Source: an uncultured Vicinamibacteraceae bacterium
GTDB lineage: Bacteria > Acidobacteriota > Vicinamibacteria > Vicinamibacterales > UBA8438
DNA: 64,000 bases
NCBI GenBank assembly: GCA_964342185.1
Contig: CAYFER010000013.1
Location: 4,598 to 68,597, forward strand
Direction of reading: 5' to 3'
Shown here: piece after piece, positions 20,105-29,687 of the stretch
How the letters are laid out: each line of letters starts with the position of its first letter
How positions within the stretch are numbered: the stretch's first letter is position 1
Translations under genes and position numbers: made by a program
Notes under the pieces: generated by a model
Database searches by the model: none
What the model was told of the DNA's origin: nothing
What the model saw: the letters and a program-made list of their open reading frames with translations, nothing else

Positions 20105-21349
20105 GTGCATGGACCGCAATCAATGAATAGATCTTTACGAGGGTGGGTCACGTTCCTGGCTCTGATCGGCGTGGCCGCTGCGACAAGTTCAACTTATATC
20201 CACCTGCAATTGGTTGTGAATCCTACTTATTCAAGTTTCTGCGACGTGAATCAAACCGTAAGTTGCTCACAGCTTTATCAAAGTCGCTACGGCACTGTGT
20301 TAGGTATACCGGTTGCACTGGCTGGTGTGTTTTGGTTCGGTGTGGTGTTGCTCCTGGTGTTTGCTGACGTTAGAGGTCCGGTCAGTTCCCGACAAAACAT
20401 AGCTAGTTACTTTCTTGTTTGGACGACTGTTGGACTCTCGGTTGCGATGTACATGGCGTATGCCTCGATTTTTGTTTTGGGGGCGTTTTGTATCCTTTGT
20501 GGTGTTGTTTATATCGCAGTTGGCGGTATCTTCTTGATGACTGGAGCAGAGGCAGCGACGCCTCTGCGTCGACTTCCCTCAGCTTTGGCTGGCGACTTAG
20601 GAGTGCTCGTTCGTCGACCAGTTGGACTTACCTTGGCCTTATTGTTCACGGCGGCTTCGATGGTTTCCGTGGTCTCGTTTTCCGAAGCGAATTGGAGTAT
20701 ACCGACTGAGAATTTAACGACAGCTTCAGAGAGGCAGTTATCGCCTGCTGATGAAGAGTCGGACTTCGAACGCTTTTGGAGTAACCAACCTAGGTTGGAT
20801 TCTCTGATGACCGATGTTGAAGCGCCTGTTGTAGTCGTGAAGTTTAATGATTACCAGTGTCCGGCGTGTGCGCAGACTCATATGGTTTATGACCCTATCT
20901 TTACTAAATATGAAACGAGTCACCCTGGTAGTGTGCGCCTAGTGACAAGAGATTTTCCACTTGATTCTAGCTGCAACGGTGCATCGCCGAATGGGCAGCA
21001 CGAGGCGGCTTGCGACGCGGCCATTGCGGTTCGGTATGCGCGAGGTGTCGGCGCGATCGAGGCTAGGCGTATGGAGGAATGGTTGTATGGCAACCAGGCG
21101 GAGATGGATCGAAATACAATCGCGACCGCGCTGGCTGAAATTACTGGGATTGGTGCAGCCGACATCGATTTTCGCCGGAGTGATTTGATCGACGCACTGC
21201 AATTAGATATCGCTGCTGGTGCTTCACTGCCTGTCGAGGCTACGCCCACATTTATTATTAATGGTGTGGTCATAAAAGGTGGTTTAGCACCGCAATTTTT
21301 TGATCGAGCGATCGGTTTTGAGCTCGACGAAGCGACTATCCACCGGTGA
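20105..21349 (+). CDS. VKOR-family oxidoreductase fused to a DsbA/thioredoxin-like domain
   Basis: 414 aa: N-terminal TM domain with loop Cys pair (CDVNQTVSC) and membrane CILC; C-terminal soluble domain with CPAC. ATG 20123 is an alternative start. Confidence 0.82.
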   Translation: MHGPQSMNRSLRGWVTFLALIGVAAATSSTYIHLQLVVNPTYSSFCDVNQTVSCSQLYQSRYGTVLGIPVALAGVFWFGVVLLLVFADVRGPVSSRQNIASYFLVWTTVGLSVAMYMAYASIFVLGAFCILCGVVYIAVGGIFLMTGAEAATPLRRLPSALAGDLGVLVRRPVGLTLALLFTAASMVSVVSFSEANWSIPTENLTTASERQLSPADEESDFERFWSNQPRLDSLMTDVEAPVVVVKFNDYQCPACAQTHMVYDPIFTKYETSHPGSVRLVTRDFPLDSSCNGASPNGQHEAACDAAIAVRYARGVGAIEARRMEEWLYGNQAEMDRNTIATALAEITGIGAADIDFRRSDLIDALQLDIAAGASLPVEATPTFIINGVVIKGGLAPQFFDRAIGFELDEATIHR

Positions 21350-21522
21350 CATCTCACCAGCGATGTCAATGTCTTGTTTTCGGCGTTAGAAGAGTGCGGC
21401 AATTAGGCAAACTGGATTTGTTCTGGTGACGGACTGATCGGCCGACAGGTATTCTGTGAATCACGGTTTTCATTGGTGAATCTGTCGAGTTATTCAATCT
21501 ATCGCAGTGATCTCATAATCAC

Positions 21523-22272
21523 ATGGCAGATGTTTTTGAGGTTTCTTTACTACTACTGTTTGGACTGGCTATTGGAAGTTTTCTTAATGTCTGTATTGTT
21601 CGACTACAGACAGGGCAATCGGTTGTAAGGCCTGCTTCCTACTGTAGGGCATGTAAACGTAACCTTCTGTGGTTCGAGAATGTTCCGGTAGTCAGTTGGT
21701 TATTTCTCCGTGGCCGTTGCCGTACCTGCCTTGTTCCAATTTCTCTATTGTTTCCTCTAGTTGAATTGGTTACTCCTTTAATATTTGTCCTGCAATATTG
21801 GTACTTGGGGTGGAGTGCATTGCTCTTTGTTCGCCTTATTTTTAGCAGTGCGATGGTGGTACTGTTCGTTATTGATTTACAGTCGCGAGTTCTTCCAAAC
21901 ATCATTACCCTGCCAGGAATCGTGGTCGGTTTGTTAGCGGCTTTTGCTCTTGATCTCGGTTGGGAGTCATCCATTCTTGGTGTTTTGCTAGGCGGTGGTG
22001 GGCTTCTGTTGGTTGCCGAAACCTATCATAGACTGCGACAAGAACAGGGTGTGGGCATGGGGGATGTAAAAATGCTGGCTATGATTGGAGCATTCTTGGG
22101 GTGGCCACTCATGTTCACGACTCTATTGGTAGCGTCATTGTTGGGCTCCGTTGTGGGTATTGCAATCATTGTCTCTGGACATGGTGACAGTAAATATGCG
22201 TTGCCCTTCGGATCATTCATGGCGTTTAGTGCCGTTGTGATCTCCACGGCAAATATATCTGTCTTTCAGTGA
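21523..22272 (+). CDS. pilD: prepilin peptidase (A24 family)
   Basis: 249 aa, GSFLNVCIVR, CRAC...CRTC, catalytic Asp contexts VIDLQSRVLPN and GMGDVKMLAMIGAFLG. Confidence 0.9.
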   Translation: MADVFEVSLLLLFGLAIGSFLNVCIVRLQTGQSVVRPASYCRACKRNLLWFENVPVVSWLFLRGRCRTCLVPISLLFPLVELVTPLIFVLQYWYLGWSALLFVRLIFSSAMVVLFVIDLQSRVLPNIITLPGIVVGLLAAFALDLGWESSILGVLLGGGGLLLVAETYHRLRQEQGVGMGDVKMLAMIGAFLGWPLMFTTLLVASLLGSVVGIAIIVSGHGDSKYALPFGSFMAFSAVVISTANISVFQ

Positions 22273-22384
22273 GAGTCAGCGCAGCACGGTCATCTGTCAG
22301 CCTTTGAGTGAAGAGCTTTGACGACTGGGATACGACTCTTGACTTAACATCTGTTGGTGCGTAAGTTTTCTTGCTTGATGGAAG

Positions 22385-23479
22385 TCAGGTTTTTTGATGT
22401 ATGCCAATTGTCCTAAGGCTGCGAATGATTTCCCGGTCCGTGACGTCTCCAACAATCTTCGTTTTGCCGACTGCCGTCGGCAAAACCATATGAAGTCGAC
22501 CTTTGATCACTTTCTTGTCTCGATGGACCGCTGTCAGGATTGCTGACGTAGACAAGTCACTAACCTGTGGTAGAGGCCCCAACTTACCAATTAGGTTCGC
22601 TAAGGCTGCTTCGTTAGAAGGCGAGAACATTTTTCGCCGAACTGCAATGTGAGCGGCTACCAACATTCCGTATGCCACCGCTTCTCCATGGCGGAAACGT
22701 CTGTAGTGCGTAACAGCTTCTATGGCATGTCCCACAGTGTGACCAAAGTTGAGGGTGCGTCGAAGTCCGCTTTCTCGCTCGTCCTTCGATACAATCGTTG
22801 CTTTAATTTGGCAGGCTTCGCCAATAATCGGGATTAGCACGGCTGGTTTGTGCGCGAAGATCTCCGTGAGATTTGAGTTAATCCGATCAAAGAGTCTTCG
22901 ACTAGCAATAATTCCATATTTAACGACTTCGTAAAGACCAGAGCGGAATTCCCGTCGCGGCAGTGTAGCCAGGAGTTTGGGGTCTGCCACAACGACGATC
23001 GGTTGGTGAAAGGCTCCGATCAGGTTCTTGCCGAGAGAATGGTTGACGCCAACTTTTCCGCCTATGGAGCTGTCTACCTGTGCCAGCAACGTGGTCGGGA
23101 CATGAACCAATTGAACGCCGCGCAAGAATGTTGAGGCCGCGAAACCGACTACGTCACCGATTACGCCACCACCTACAGCCACAATGGTGATGGAGCGGTC
23201 AGCTCCGGATTGGATTAGCGGTTCGTAAAGGCTAGAGACGGTTCGGATTGTCTTGGATCGTTCACCATCAGGGATCAGGATAACTTCTGAGTCTTTGAGT
23301 GCAGATTGAATCGCCCTGCCGTGTAATTTCCATATTGCAGGGCTCGATATGACAAAAAACTTGCCATTGCCACCAGCGTTTTTAATCAAAATACGAAGGC
23401 GACGAATGGTACCAACGCCCACATGTACCTGATACGCTCGCGAAGCAGTAGGGACGTCAATCTTAACGGTGGAAGTCAT
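22385..23479 (-). CDS. aroB: 3-dehydroquinate synthase
   Basis: 364 aa, GGGVIGDVVGFAASTFLRGVQLVHVPTTLLAQVDSSIGGK, LNFGHTVGHAIE. Confidence 0.94.
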   Translation of the reverse strand: MTSTVKIDVPTASRAYQVHVGVGTIRRLRILIKNAGGNGKFFVISSPAIWKLHGRAIQSALKDSEVILIPDGERSKTIRTVSSLYEPLIQSGADRSITIVAVGGGVIGDVVGFAASTFLRGVQLVHVPTTLLAQVDSSIGGKVGVNHSLGKNLIGAFHQPIVVVADPKLLATLPRREFRSGLYEVVKYGIIASRRLFDRINSNLTEIFAHKPAVLIPIIGEACQIKATIVSKDERESGLRRTLNFGHTVGHAIEAVTHYRRFRHGEAVAYGMLVAAHIAVRRKMFSPSNEAALANLIGKLGPLPQVSDLSTSAILTAVHRDKKVIKGRLHMVLPTAVGKTKIVGDVTDREIIRSLRTIGIHQKT

Positions 23480-23531
23480 GGTAGGAATAAATCCCTTAAT
23501 GGGCTGTTAGGATACCGTAAACAAGGGCGGA

Positions 23532-25115
23532 GTGATCTATAGGAACGGAGATGGAGTGAACAATCTGGACACTGACTTTCTAATTGTCGGTAGTGGCATC
23601 GCTGCCTTACGCGCTGCACTAGAACTAGCGAATGTAGGCACGGTTCTGATTCTGACAAAGGCCAGTTTCATGGAGGGAAGCACCATCTACGCTCAAGGTG
23701 GTATCGCGGCGGCGATTGGCGAGGGCGATTCCGCAGAGATTCATGCTGCTGATACCTTGGCCGCTGGTGCCGGTTTGTGTCGTGAGGAAGCAGTCCATCT
23801 ATTGACTGACCATGGTGCTTCCGATGTTCAGGAATTAATTGATTGGGGCGCCAGGTTCGATCGAAATGAAGATGGTGTTCTTTCGCTGGCACAAGAAGGT
23901 GCACACACGATACGGCGTGTGCTACATGCTCGCGATGCCACCGGCCGTGAGATATGCAGGGTGTTGTGGAAGAAGGTCAGTCGTGACGAGCGTATTTCAG
24001 TGATTGAACATGCACTTGTGTTAGATGTGGTTGTTGACGAGGGGCGTTGTGTAGCTGCGAGGTTTGCAGATAAGAAAGGTCGAGTATTAACAGCACATTC
24101 ATCCGCGACTTTGTTGGCCACAGGTGGAGCGGGACAACTGTATCGTGACACTACGAATCCGCCGGTTGCTACTGGTGATGGTGTGGCGATTGCCTATCGT
24201 GCGGGTGCTCGCGTGATAGACCTTGAATTTGTTCAATTTCATCCGACGGCATTGTCTCTTGCGGGGCATCCAAGATTCTTGCTGTCTGAGGCTCTACGTG
24301 GTGAAGGCGCCAAGTTGATTAATGAGTCAGGCGAAGCATTCATGCCGAGTGTTGACCCCGCTGGAGATCTCGCGCCACGTGACCGCGTAGCACGCGCTAT
24401 TACCAAGGAGGTCAAACGAACAGGCAGCCCGGTCTATTTGACGCTTGATGCCTTGCCAGAGGAATTTGTCAGAAAACGGTTCCCACTCATTACTGCAGCC
24501 TGTCAGTCTGTTGGCCTTGATTTGGCGCGAGACCGCATTCCTGTAGGTCCTGCAGCCCACTACGTAATGGGTGGCGTTGAAACGGACCTTGATGGACAGA
24601 CATCACTGCCGGGGTTGTTTGCGGCTGGAGAGGTTGCTTGCACAGGTGTTCATGGTGCTAACCGGTTGGCTAGCAACTCGTTGCTTGAGGGACTGGTGTT
24701 TGGTGCTTTGGCCGGCAGGGCTATGGCACAGGTGTCTCGGGTGTCACCTACCCGGTTGGCCTTACGTAACTTTGAAGATAATGTGCAATCAGTGGTTGGC
24801 GATGCCAAATTGCCGACTGTTAAAGAGGTTCAAGACGTGATGTGGCGGTATGTGGGCTTGTTTCGAGATCGTGATGGATTGGGCAAGGCTGTTTCGATTT
24901 TGAACCGTTGGACTGAAGTGCTTCCAAAGAATTGCAGTGACGAAGGTACTTCCAGGATCATTAGCCTTATCACTACGGGAAGGCTTGTCGCTAATGCTGC
25001 TCTGCGTCGTCAGGAGAGTCGGGGTGCTCACTACCGATCAGATTTTCCAAGTCGGAACGATATAGACTGGTCACGGCATATTGGAGAATCAAGACATGAT
25101 GATCTTAAATGGTAG
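23532..25115 (+). CDS. nadB: L-aspartate oxidase
   Basis: 527 aa, FAD fold DFLIVGSGIAALRAA, AQGGIAAA, RGAHYRSDFP. GTG 23556, with GGAG upstream, is a likely alternative start. Confidence 0.93.
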   Translation: MIYRNGDGVNNLDTDFLIVGSGIAALRAALELANVGTVLILTKASFMEGSTIYAQGGIAAAIGEGDSAEIHAADTLAAGAGLCREEAVHLLTDHGASDVQELIDWGARFDRNEDGVLSLAQEGAHTIRRVLHARDATGREICRVLWKKVSRDERISVIEHALVLDVVVDEGRCVAARFADKKGRVLTAHSSATLLATGGAGQLYRDTTNPPVATGDGVAIAYRAGARVIDLEFVQFHPTALSLAGHPRFLLSEALRGEGAKLINESGEAFMPSVDPAGDLAPRDRVARAITKEVKRTGSPVYLTLDALPEEFVRKRFPLITAACQSVGLDLARDRIPVGPAAHYVMGGVETDLDGQTSLPGLFAAGEVACTGVHGANRLASNSLLEGLVFGALAGRAMAQVSRVSPTRLALRNFEDNVQSVVGDAKLPTVKEVQDVMWRYVGLFRDRDGLGKAVSILNRWTEVLPKNCSDEGTSRIISLITTGRLVANAALRRQESRGAHYRSDFPSRNDIDWSRHIGESRHDDLKW

Positions 25116-25130
25116 TCGAGGATAAGTAAG

Positions 25131-26582
25131 ATGTCGGCTAAACGAGACACATTTGTCACCGAGATAACGCCTCGCTCTGAGGATTTCTCGAAATGGTACA
25201 CCGATGTAATTCGACGTGCAGAATTAGCGGACTACTCACCGGTCAAAGGTAGCATGGTTATACGTCCGTATGGTTACGCGATTTGGGAACTTATGCAGGC
25301 TTCGTTGGATGCGAAATTGAAGGCAACTGGTCACGTCAACGCTTATTTTCCTTTGTTTATTCCAGAATCCTTGCTGCGCAAGGAAGCTGAGCATGTTGAG
25401 GGGTTTGCACCTCAGGTGGCTTGGGTCACGCGTGGGGGCGATGAAGATCTTGAAGAACGACTGATCGTTCGTCCGACATCGGAAGCCATTATTGGGACCA
25501 TGTACGCAAAATGGATCAAGTCTTGGCGCGATCTTCCTGTGTTAATTAATCAATGGGCAAATGTTGTTCGGTGGGAGAAGGTCACCAGGTTATTTCTACG
25601 AACGACTGAGTTCTTATGGCAAGAGGGTCACACTGCTCATGAAACTGAAAGTGAGGCTGAGGAAGAAGCTCTCCGAATGCTTGGTGTTTACAAAGAATTT
25701 GTCGAGAACGATTTAGCGATGCCTGTGCTCGACGGCCGAAAGTCTGAAAGCGAGAAGTTTGCGGGTGCCCAGTATACGTACTCGATTGAAGCTTTAATGG
25801 GAGACGGACGTGCTTTGCAGGCGGGCACGTCCCATATGCTCGGGCAGAATTTCTCAAAGGTGTTTGATATCAAGTTTCAGGCCCGTGACAAGTCTGTGCA
25901 GTTTGTTTGGCAGACATCATGGGGCATGACTACTCGCTTAATTGGAGGAGTGATCATGGTTCATGGTGATGACAGCGGTTTGATTTTACCGCCGAGAATA
26001 GCACCGTATCAGGTTGTGATTGTACCCATACCAAGAGGTAATTGGCAGGAAACAGTGCTTCCTAAGGCCCGGGAAATTACTGATGGGCTAATGACTGATG
26101 GAATTCGTGTTCGATTGGACGACCGAGATGTTTATACGCCTGGCTGGAAGTTTTCTGAATGGGAGATGCGTGGCGTGCCGATTCGGATAGAGATTGGCCC
26201 GCGGGATCTTGAGAACTCACAGGTGGTCATGGTTCGCCGTGATACTAGAGAAAAACTTGTTGTTCCAATGGATGGATTGAGACTCAATGTTCACGAACTC
26301 TTGAAGACTATTCAGGCAGAACTATTTAAACGTGCACAATCGTTTCGGGACGATCACACGACGCAAACTTCGTGCCGAGAGGATTTTGACGCACTCTTTA
26401 AGACGCGTCCTGGTTTTGTCATCGCACCATGGTGTGGTCAGGAGAAATGTGAGGCGTCTATTAAGACAGCTACCCAAGCCACCATCCGCAATCTTCCACT
26501 TGAGCCGCTTCCTCCGTCCGGCGACTGTATCGAGTGTGGCCAACCTGCTCAGACCGACGCATATTTTGCAAAGTCGTACTAG
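25131..26582 (+). CDS. proS: prolyl-tRNA synthetase, archaeal/eukaryote-like type (no INS editing domain)
   Basis: 483 aa, FSKWYTDVIRRAELADY, class II motifs; C-terminal Cys-rich domain ending in YFAKSY. Confidence 0.93.
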   Translation: MSAKRDTFVTEITPRSEDFSKWYTDVIRRAELADYSPVKGSMVIRPYGYAIWELMQASLDAKLKATGHVNAYFPLFIPESLLRKEAEHVEGFAPQVAWVTRGGDEDLEERLIVRPTSEAIIGTMYAKWIKSWRDLPVLINQWANVVRWEKVTRLFLRTTEFLWQEGHTAHETESEAEEEALRMLGVYKEFVENDLAMPVLDGRKSESEKFAGAQYTYSIEALMGDGRALQAGTSHMLGQNFSKVFDIKFQARDKSVQFVWQTSWGMTTRLIGGVIMVHGDDSGLILPPRIAPYQVVIVPIPRGNWQETVLPKAREITDGLMTDGIRVRLDDRDVYTPGWKFSEWEMRGVPIRIEIGPRDLENSQVVMVRRDTREKLVVPMDGLRLNVHELLKTIQAELFKRAQSFRDDHTTQTSCREDFDALFKTRPGFVIAPWCGQEKCEASIKTATQATIRNLPLEPLPPSGDCIECGQPAQTDAYFAKSY

Positions 26583-26606
26583 CTATGGGTTGAAAAATGT
26601 TGAGAC

Positions 26607-28259
26607 CTACTGCAGTGTTATGGTTAGAGCTGCGCGGCGATTTAGGCGGCGAGTTTCTTCCCTTGTGTTGTCGTGTTGTGGGCGTTCCTCGCCGTAACTC
26701 TGTGTTTGCAGGCGTGAGCTGCTAATGCCTCGGCTGGTTAGATATTCTTCAACTGAGTTTGAACGCCTTTCACTGAGGGCTAAGTTGTATTCGGCGGTTC
26801 CAATGTTACAGGTGTGGCCATCGATCTGAATTCTCAAATTCGGATCGTCTTGCATTGCAGATACTACTTCGTCAAGTACGCGCGAAGCTTCGACACGAAG
26901 GGTATAACGGTCAAAATCAAAGTGGACATCTTCAAAGACGTACTCACGTGCTGGCGCTGGCGGAGGTTCGGTGACGTCTATCGTTATGGTGTCTGAAGCC
27001 GTTCCACCATAGCCATCCTCAACAGTTACGGTGATAGGAACACGGGTGGCGTCACTTGGTGCTTGCCACTGTTGGGTTGAACGATTAACGTCACCTTGGA
27101 ACTCACCCGCTGGGGCGCTCCATCGGTATTCAAGTGCATCTCCATCTGGGTCGCTAGCATTCGCACGTAACTGCGATTCTTCGCCTACCATCAACTCACA
27201 GGGATTGCAGTTCAGCATCACTTGTGGACCGCGATTCTCAGGTGCAGGGGTAGGTGGTGGCGGAGGAACATAGACCTTTACACCAGGGTGATACCCGATT
27301 CTAACGAGCAGACCAAGACGGTCTCCAGTCTTACCACGTCGCCCGGCTATTTCACGGTTATCATGTACAAGTGAGAAATTTAAGCCTGCACCCACATACA
27401 AACCGCTTGAGGCTTCCCATTGAAGTCCAAATGTGAGGTCGATTGGATTCTTTAGGGAAGACGTAAGGGGTGATTGACTACCGTCCGGCCCTACGAGCGG
27501 TACTTCTAAGGTCAAGGTATCCTGTGTCAGGAATTCGCCACTGATTTCCCCGAAAAGCCTAACTGTATTGGCTACCGGTAATCCAGTTCCTAGACCCCAT
27601 CGGATGCTGTCTGGAAGGTCCATACCAGACGGGTCGCCACGAACCTCATATCCTCCGTACGCTGCGATTTCAGCGGCGTCTAACGACTTACTGAGGACGA
27701 GGTCAAAGGCAACGTCAGACTTGCCAGATGTGTTACCAGTCTGTTTGTTGCCGGTTGGTATTTTAACTAATCCGCGCAGAGCCACGGCTAACGGACTCTG
27801 ATTGCTTTCTGAAATTAGATTAACCTTTCCGCCGAGAACCAGATCGCCGGATTTGTTGCCAGTGTACTGGTCGTTGACCAATGGCACTTGATAGGTTGGT
27901 CCACCTATGGATGGATTGGATGAATCAAAAAGTGGGCGAGCATCACGGTCAACTCGAGTTAACACACGAAACGAACCAAAGAGTTCAACCCGATTGGCAA
28001 TGCCCACAGCAAATGTAGCAGGGTTGTGTTCAATGTCTGTTATACCTTCTTGGCGGTCGAAGTTCGCACGTTGTGCACTGAGTGAAAATTGTCCGTGAGG
28101 CAGAATTTCGGCGGTTGGAACAAACCACAGACCGGTGTCACCAAGAAAGGTCGCCCCTGATGGACGTGTATCGCCTGTCGCGTTCTCTTGGGCGGTAGCT
28201 GGAGACGGTAGTACGATACTTGCTGCTACAACAATTACGATGCGCCACATCATCTTCAT
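26607..28259 (-). CDS. OmpA-family outer-membrane protein: N-terminal barrel, Ig/PKD-like insert, OmpA_C domain
   Basis: 550 aa: signal peptide ending in PATAQE; Pro linker PPPPPTPAP; DPDGDALEYRWSAP...ITVTVEDGYGGTASDTITIDV; then NLALSERRSNSVEEYL...LNRRAAL. Confidence 0.85.
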   Translation of the reverse strand: MKMMWRIVIVVAASIVLPSPATAQENATGDTRPSGATFLGDTGLWFVPTAEILPHGQFSLSAQRANFDRQEGITDIEHNPATFAVGIANRVELFGSFRVLTRVDRDARPLFDSSNPSIGGPTYQVPLVNDQYTGNKSGDLVLGGKVNLISESNQSPLAVALRGLVKIPTGNKQTGNTSGKSDVAFDLVLSKSLDAAEIAAYGGYEVRGDPSGMDLPDSIRWGLGTGLPVANTVRLFGEISGEFLTQDTLTLEVPLVGPDGSQSPLTSSLKNPIDLTFGLQWEASSGLYVGAGLNFSLVHDNREIAGRRGKTGDRLGLLVRIGYHPGVKVYVPPPPPTPAPENRGPQVMLNCNPCELMVGEESQLRANASDPDGDALEYRWSAPAGEFQGDVNRSTQQWQAPSDATRVPITVTVEDGYGGTASDTITIDVTEPPPAPAREYVFEDVHFDFDRYTLRVEASRVLDEVVSAMQDDPNLRIQIDGHTCNIGTAEYNLALSERRSNSVEEYLTSRGISSSRLQTQSYGEERPQHDNTREETRRLNRRAALTITLQ

Positions 28260-28346
28260 CTTTAAACTGCACTTCCTATTGACAAGCAGCTCAATGGTTC
28301 CACGTTGGTAACAACAAGGGAAGACTAGTAGCCTTGGTTCCTCAAA

Positions 28347-28375
28347 ATAGTATTGCCTTGCACAAGTGAAGTCAA
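28347..28375 (-). promoter_or_regulatory. candidate promoter for the OmpA-family gene
   Basis: Minus strand TTGACT (28375-28370), 17-nt spacer, TACTAT (28352-28347), about 85 nt upstream of the start. Confidence 0.3.
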
Positions 28376-28435
28376 CGAGAGGGTGGTCTAAGGGGGCTGT
28401 TTTCCTAATTCATTTTTAAGACTGACCGTGGTTAC

Positions 28436-29236
28436 TTAGGAATCAGACTTCGTTCTCGTGCCGAACAGCCAAGCAATTCCGATGCTCAGCCCGTAGAGTA
28501 ATATCATAGGCATCGCCATCAGGGTTAATGTAACCGGGTCTCCGGTTGGAGTCAGAATTGCTGCAAAAATAAAGATCAATAGGATTGCGTATTTGACGTT
28601 AGTTATTAAGAACCCCGCCGTCAGCACCCCGATTCGCGCCAGAAAGAAGACCATCGTTGGCATTTGAAACACTGCGCCGCAGGCCAGCAGAAGTTTGACA
28701 TACAAACTGAACGCTGGCTGGATACGCGGCATAAATTCCATGTAGTCCGATGCGAACCCTGCGAAGAAGCTCCAAGCAACTGGAAACAGGATGAAGTGCG
28801 AGAAGAGAGCTCCGCCCACAAAAAACAAGGTGGCAAAGAATACAAAAGGAATTGCGAACTTTTTTTCGTGGGCGTAGAGGCCTGGTGCTACAAATAGCCA
28901 CATTTGTTGGAGGACTATCGGTATCGCTAGTATGAGGCCTGCCAATGCTGCAACTTTGATATAGAGAAAAAATGCTTCTGTCGGCTCTGTGTAGACGAGC
29001 TGCCCGCCATCGGGAAGGATCTCTTGCAGCGGTCGCATAATGAAATCGAAAATTGGTGTGATAAAGCTAAAACAAATTATGAATCCCCCTAGCAAGGCGA
29101 ACGCCGTAACGCTCAGTCGTTTTCTCAGTTCGTCTAGGTGGTCCAAGAACGACATCTTCCCGGTATCAGAATCAGCAACATCATCTAGTTGTTCCTCGTC
29201 TGGCTCTGAAGAGTTAGGGAAGGGAGCTAACGCCAT
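28436..29236 (-). CDS. tatC: twin-arginine translocase subunit TatC
   Basis: 266 aa, MSFLDHLDELRKRL, six TM segments. Confidence 0.94.
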   Translation of the reverse strand: MALAPFPNSSEPDEEQLDDVADSDTGKMSFLDHLDELRKRLSVTAFALLGGFIICFSFITPIFDFIMRPLQEILPDGGQLVYTEPTEAFFLYIKVAALAGLILAIPIVLQQMWLFVAPGLYAHEKKFAIPFVFFATLFFVGGALFSHFILFPVAWSFFAGFASDYMEFMPRIQPAFSLYVKLLLACGAVFQMPTMVFFLARIGVLTAGFLITNVKYAILLIFIFAAILTPTGDPVTLTLMAMPMILLYGLSIGIAWLFGTRTKSDS

Positions 29237-29299
29237 AAAGGATCTCCCGCACAGGGCCCAAATTGACCCAATAACGTTGAATCTTGCTGATCGAGAAAA

Positions 29300-29542
29300 C
29301 TAGCTGCTCTCAGGTGTCTGCTCTTGGGACTTCGGATGGGTTGTCTGACTTTGGCTAGGTTCGGTTTTTTCAACCCGAATCTCTTCATCTAAGGTACTGC
29401 GTAACTCGTTGGATGCCCGTTTGAATTCGGACAAACTTCGGCCCATCGACCGACCGAGTTCAGGAAGTTTTCTTGGACCAAAGATTATCAGAGCTATGAC
29501 AAAGATAATCATCAGCTCGGGCATACCTATTGAGCCGAACAT
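29300..29542 (-). CDS. tatA: twin-arginine translocase subunit TatA/E
   Basis: ATG at 29542 gives [43 protein letters not shown] (80 aa). The longer ORF-track N-terminus is not TatA-like. Confidence 0.9.
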   Translation of the reverse strand: MFGSIGMPELMIIFVIALIIFGPRKLPELGRSMGRSLSEFKRASNELRSTLDEEIRVEKTEPSQSQTTHPKSQEQTPESS

Positions 29543-29687
29543 AGTAGCTCTCCTTAAACCTGCTTCACGTGATAGTAGGCCTACGGGCATTATAGAAATG
29601 TGACTACTTTCGGTCAAGCGTTAGTGTGCTGTCGGATGACCAGAAGTTATTGCTGCGCTGAGGCTTATCTTCTGATAGCATGCCTTA

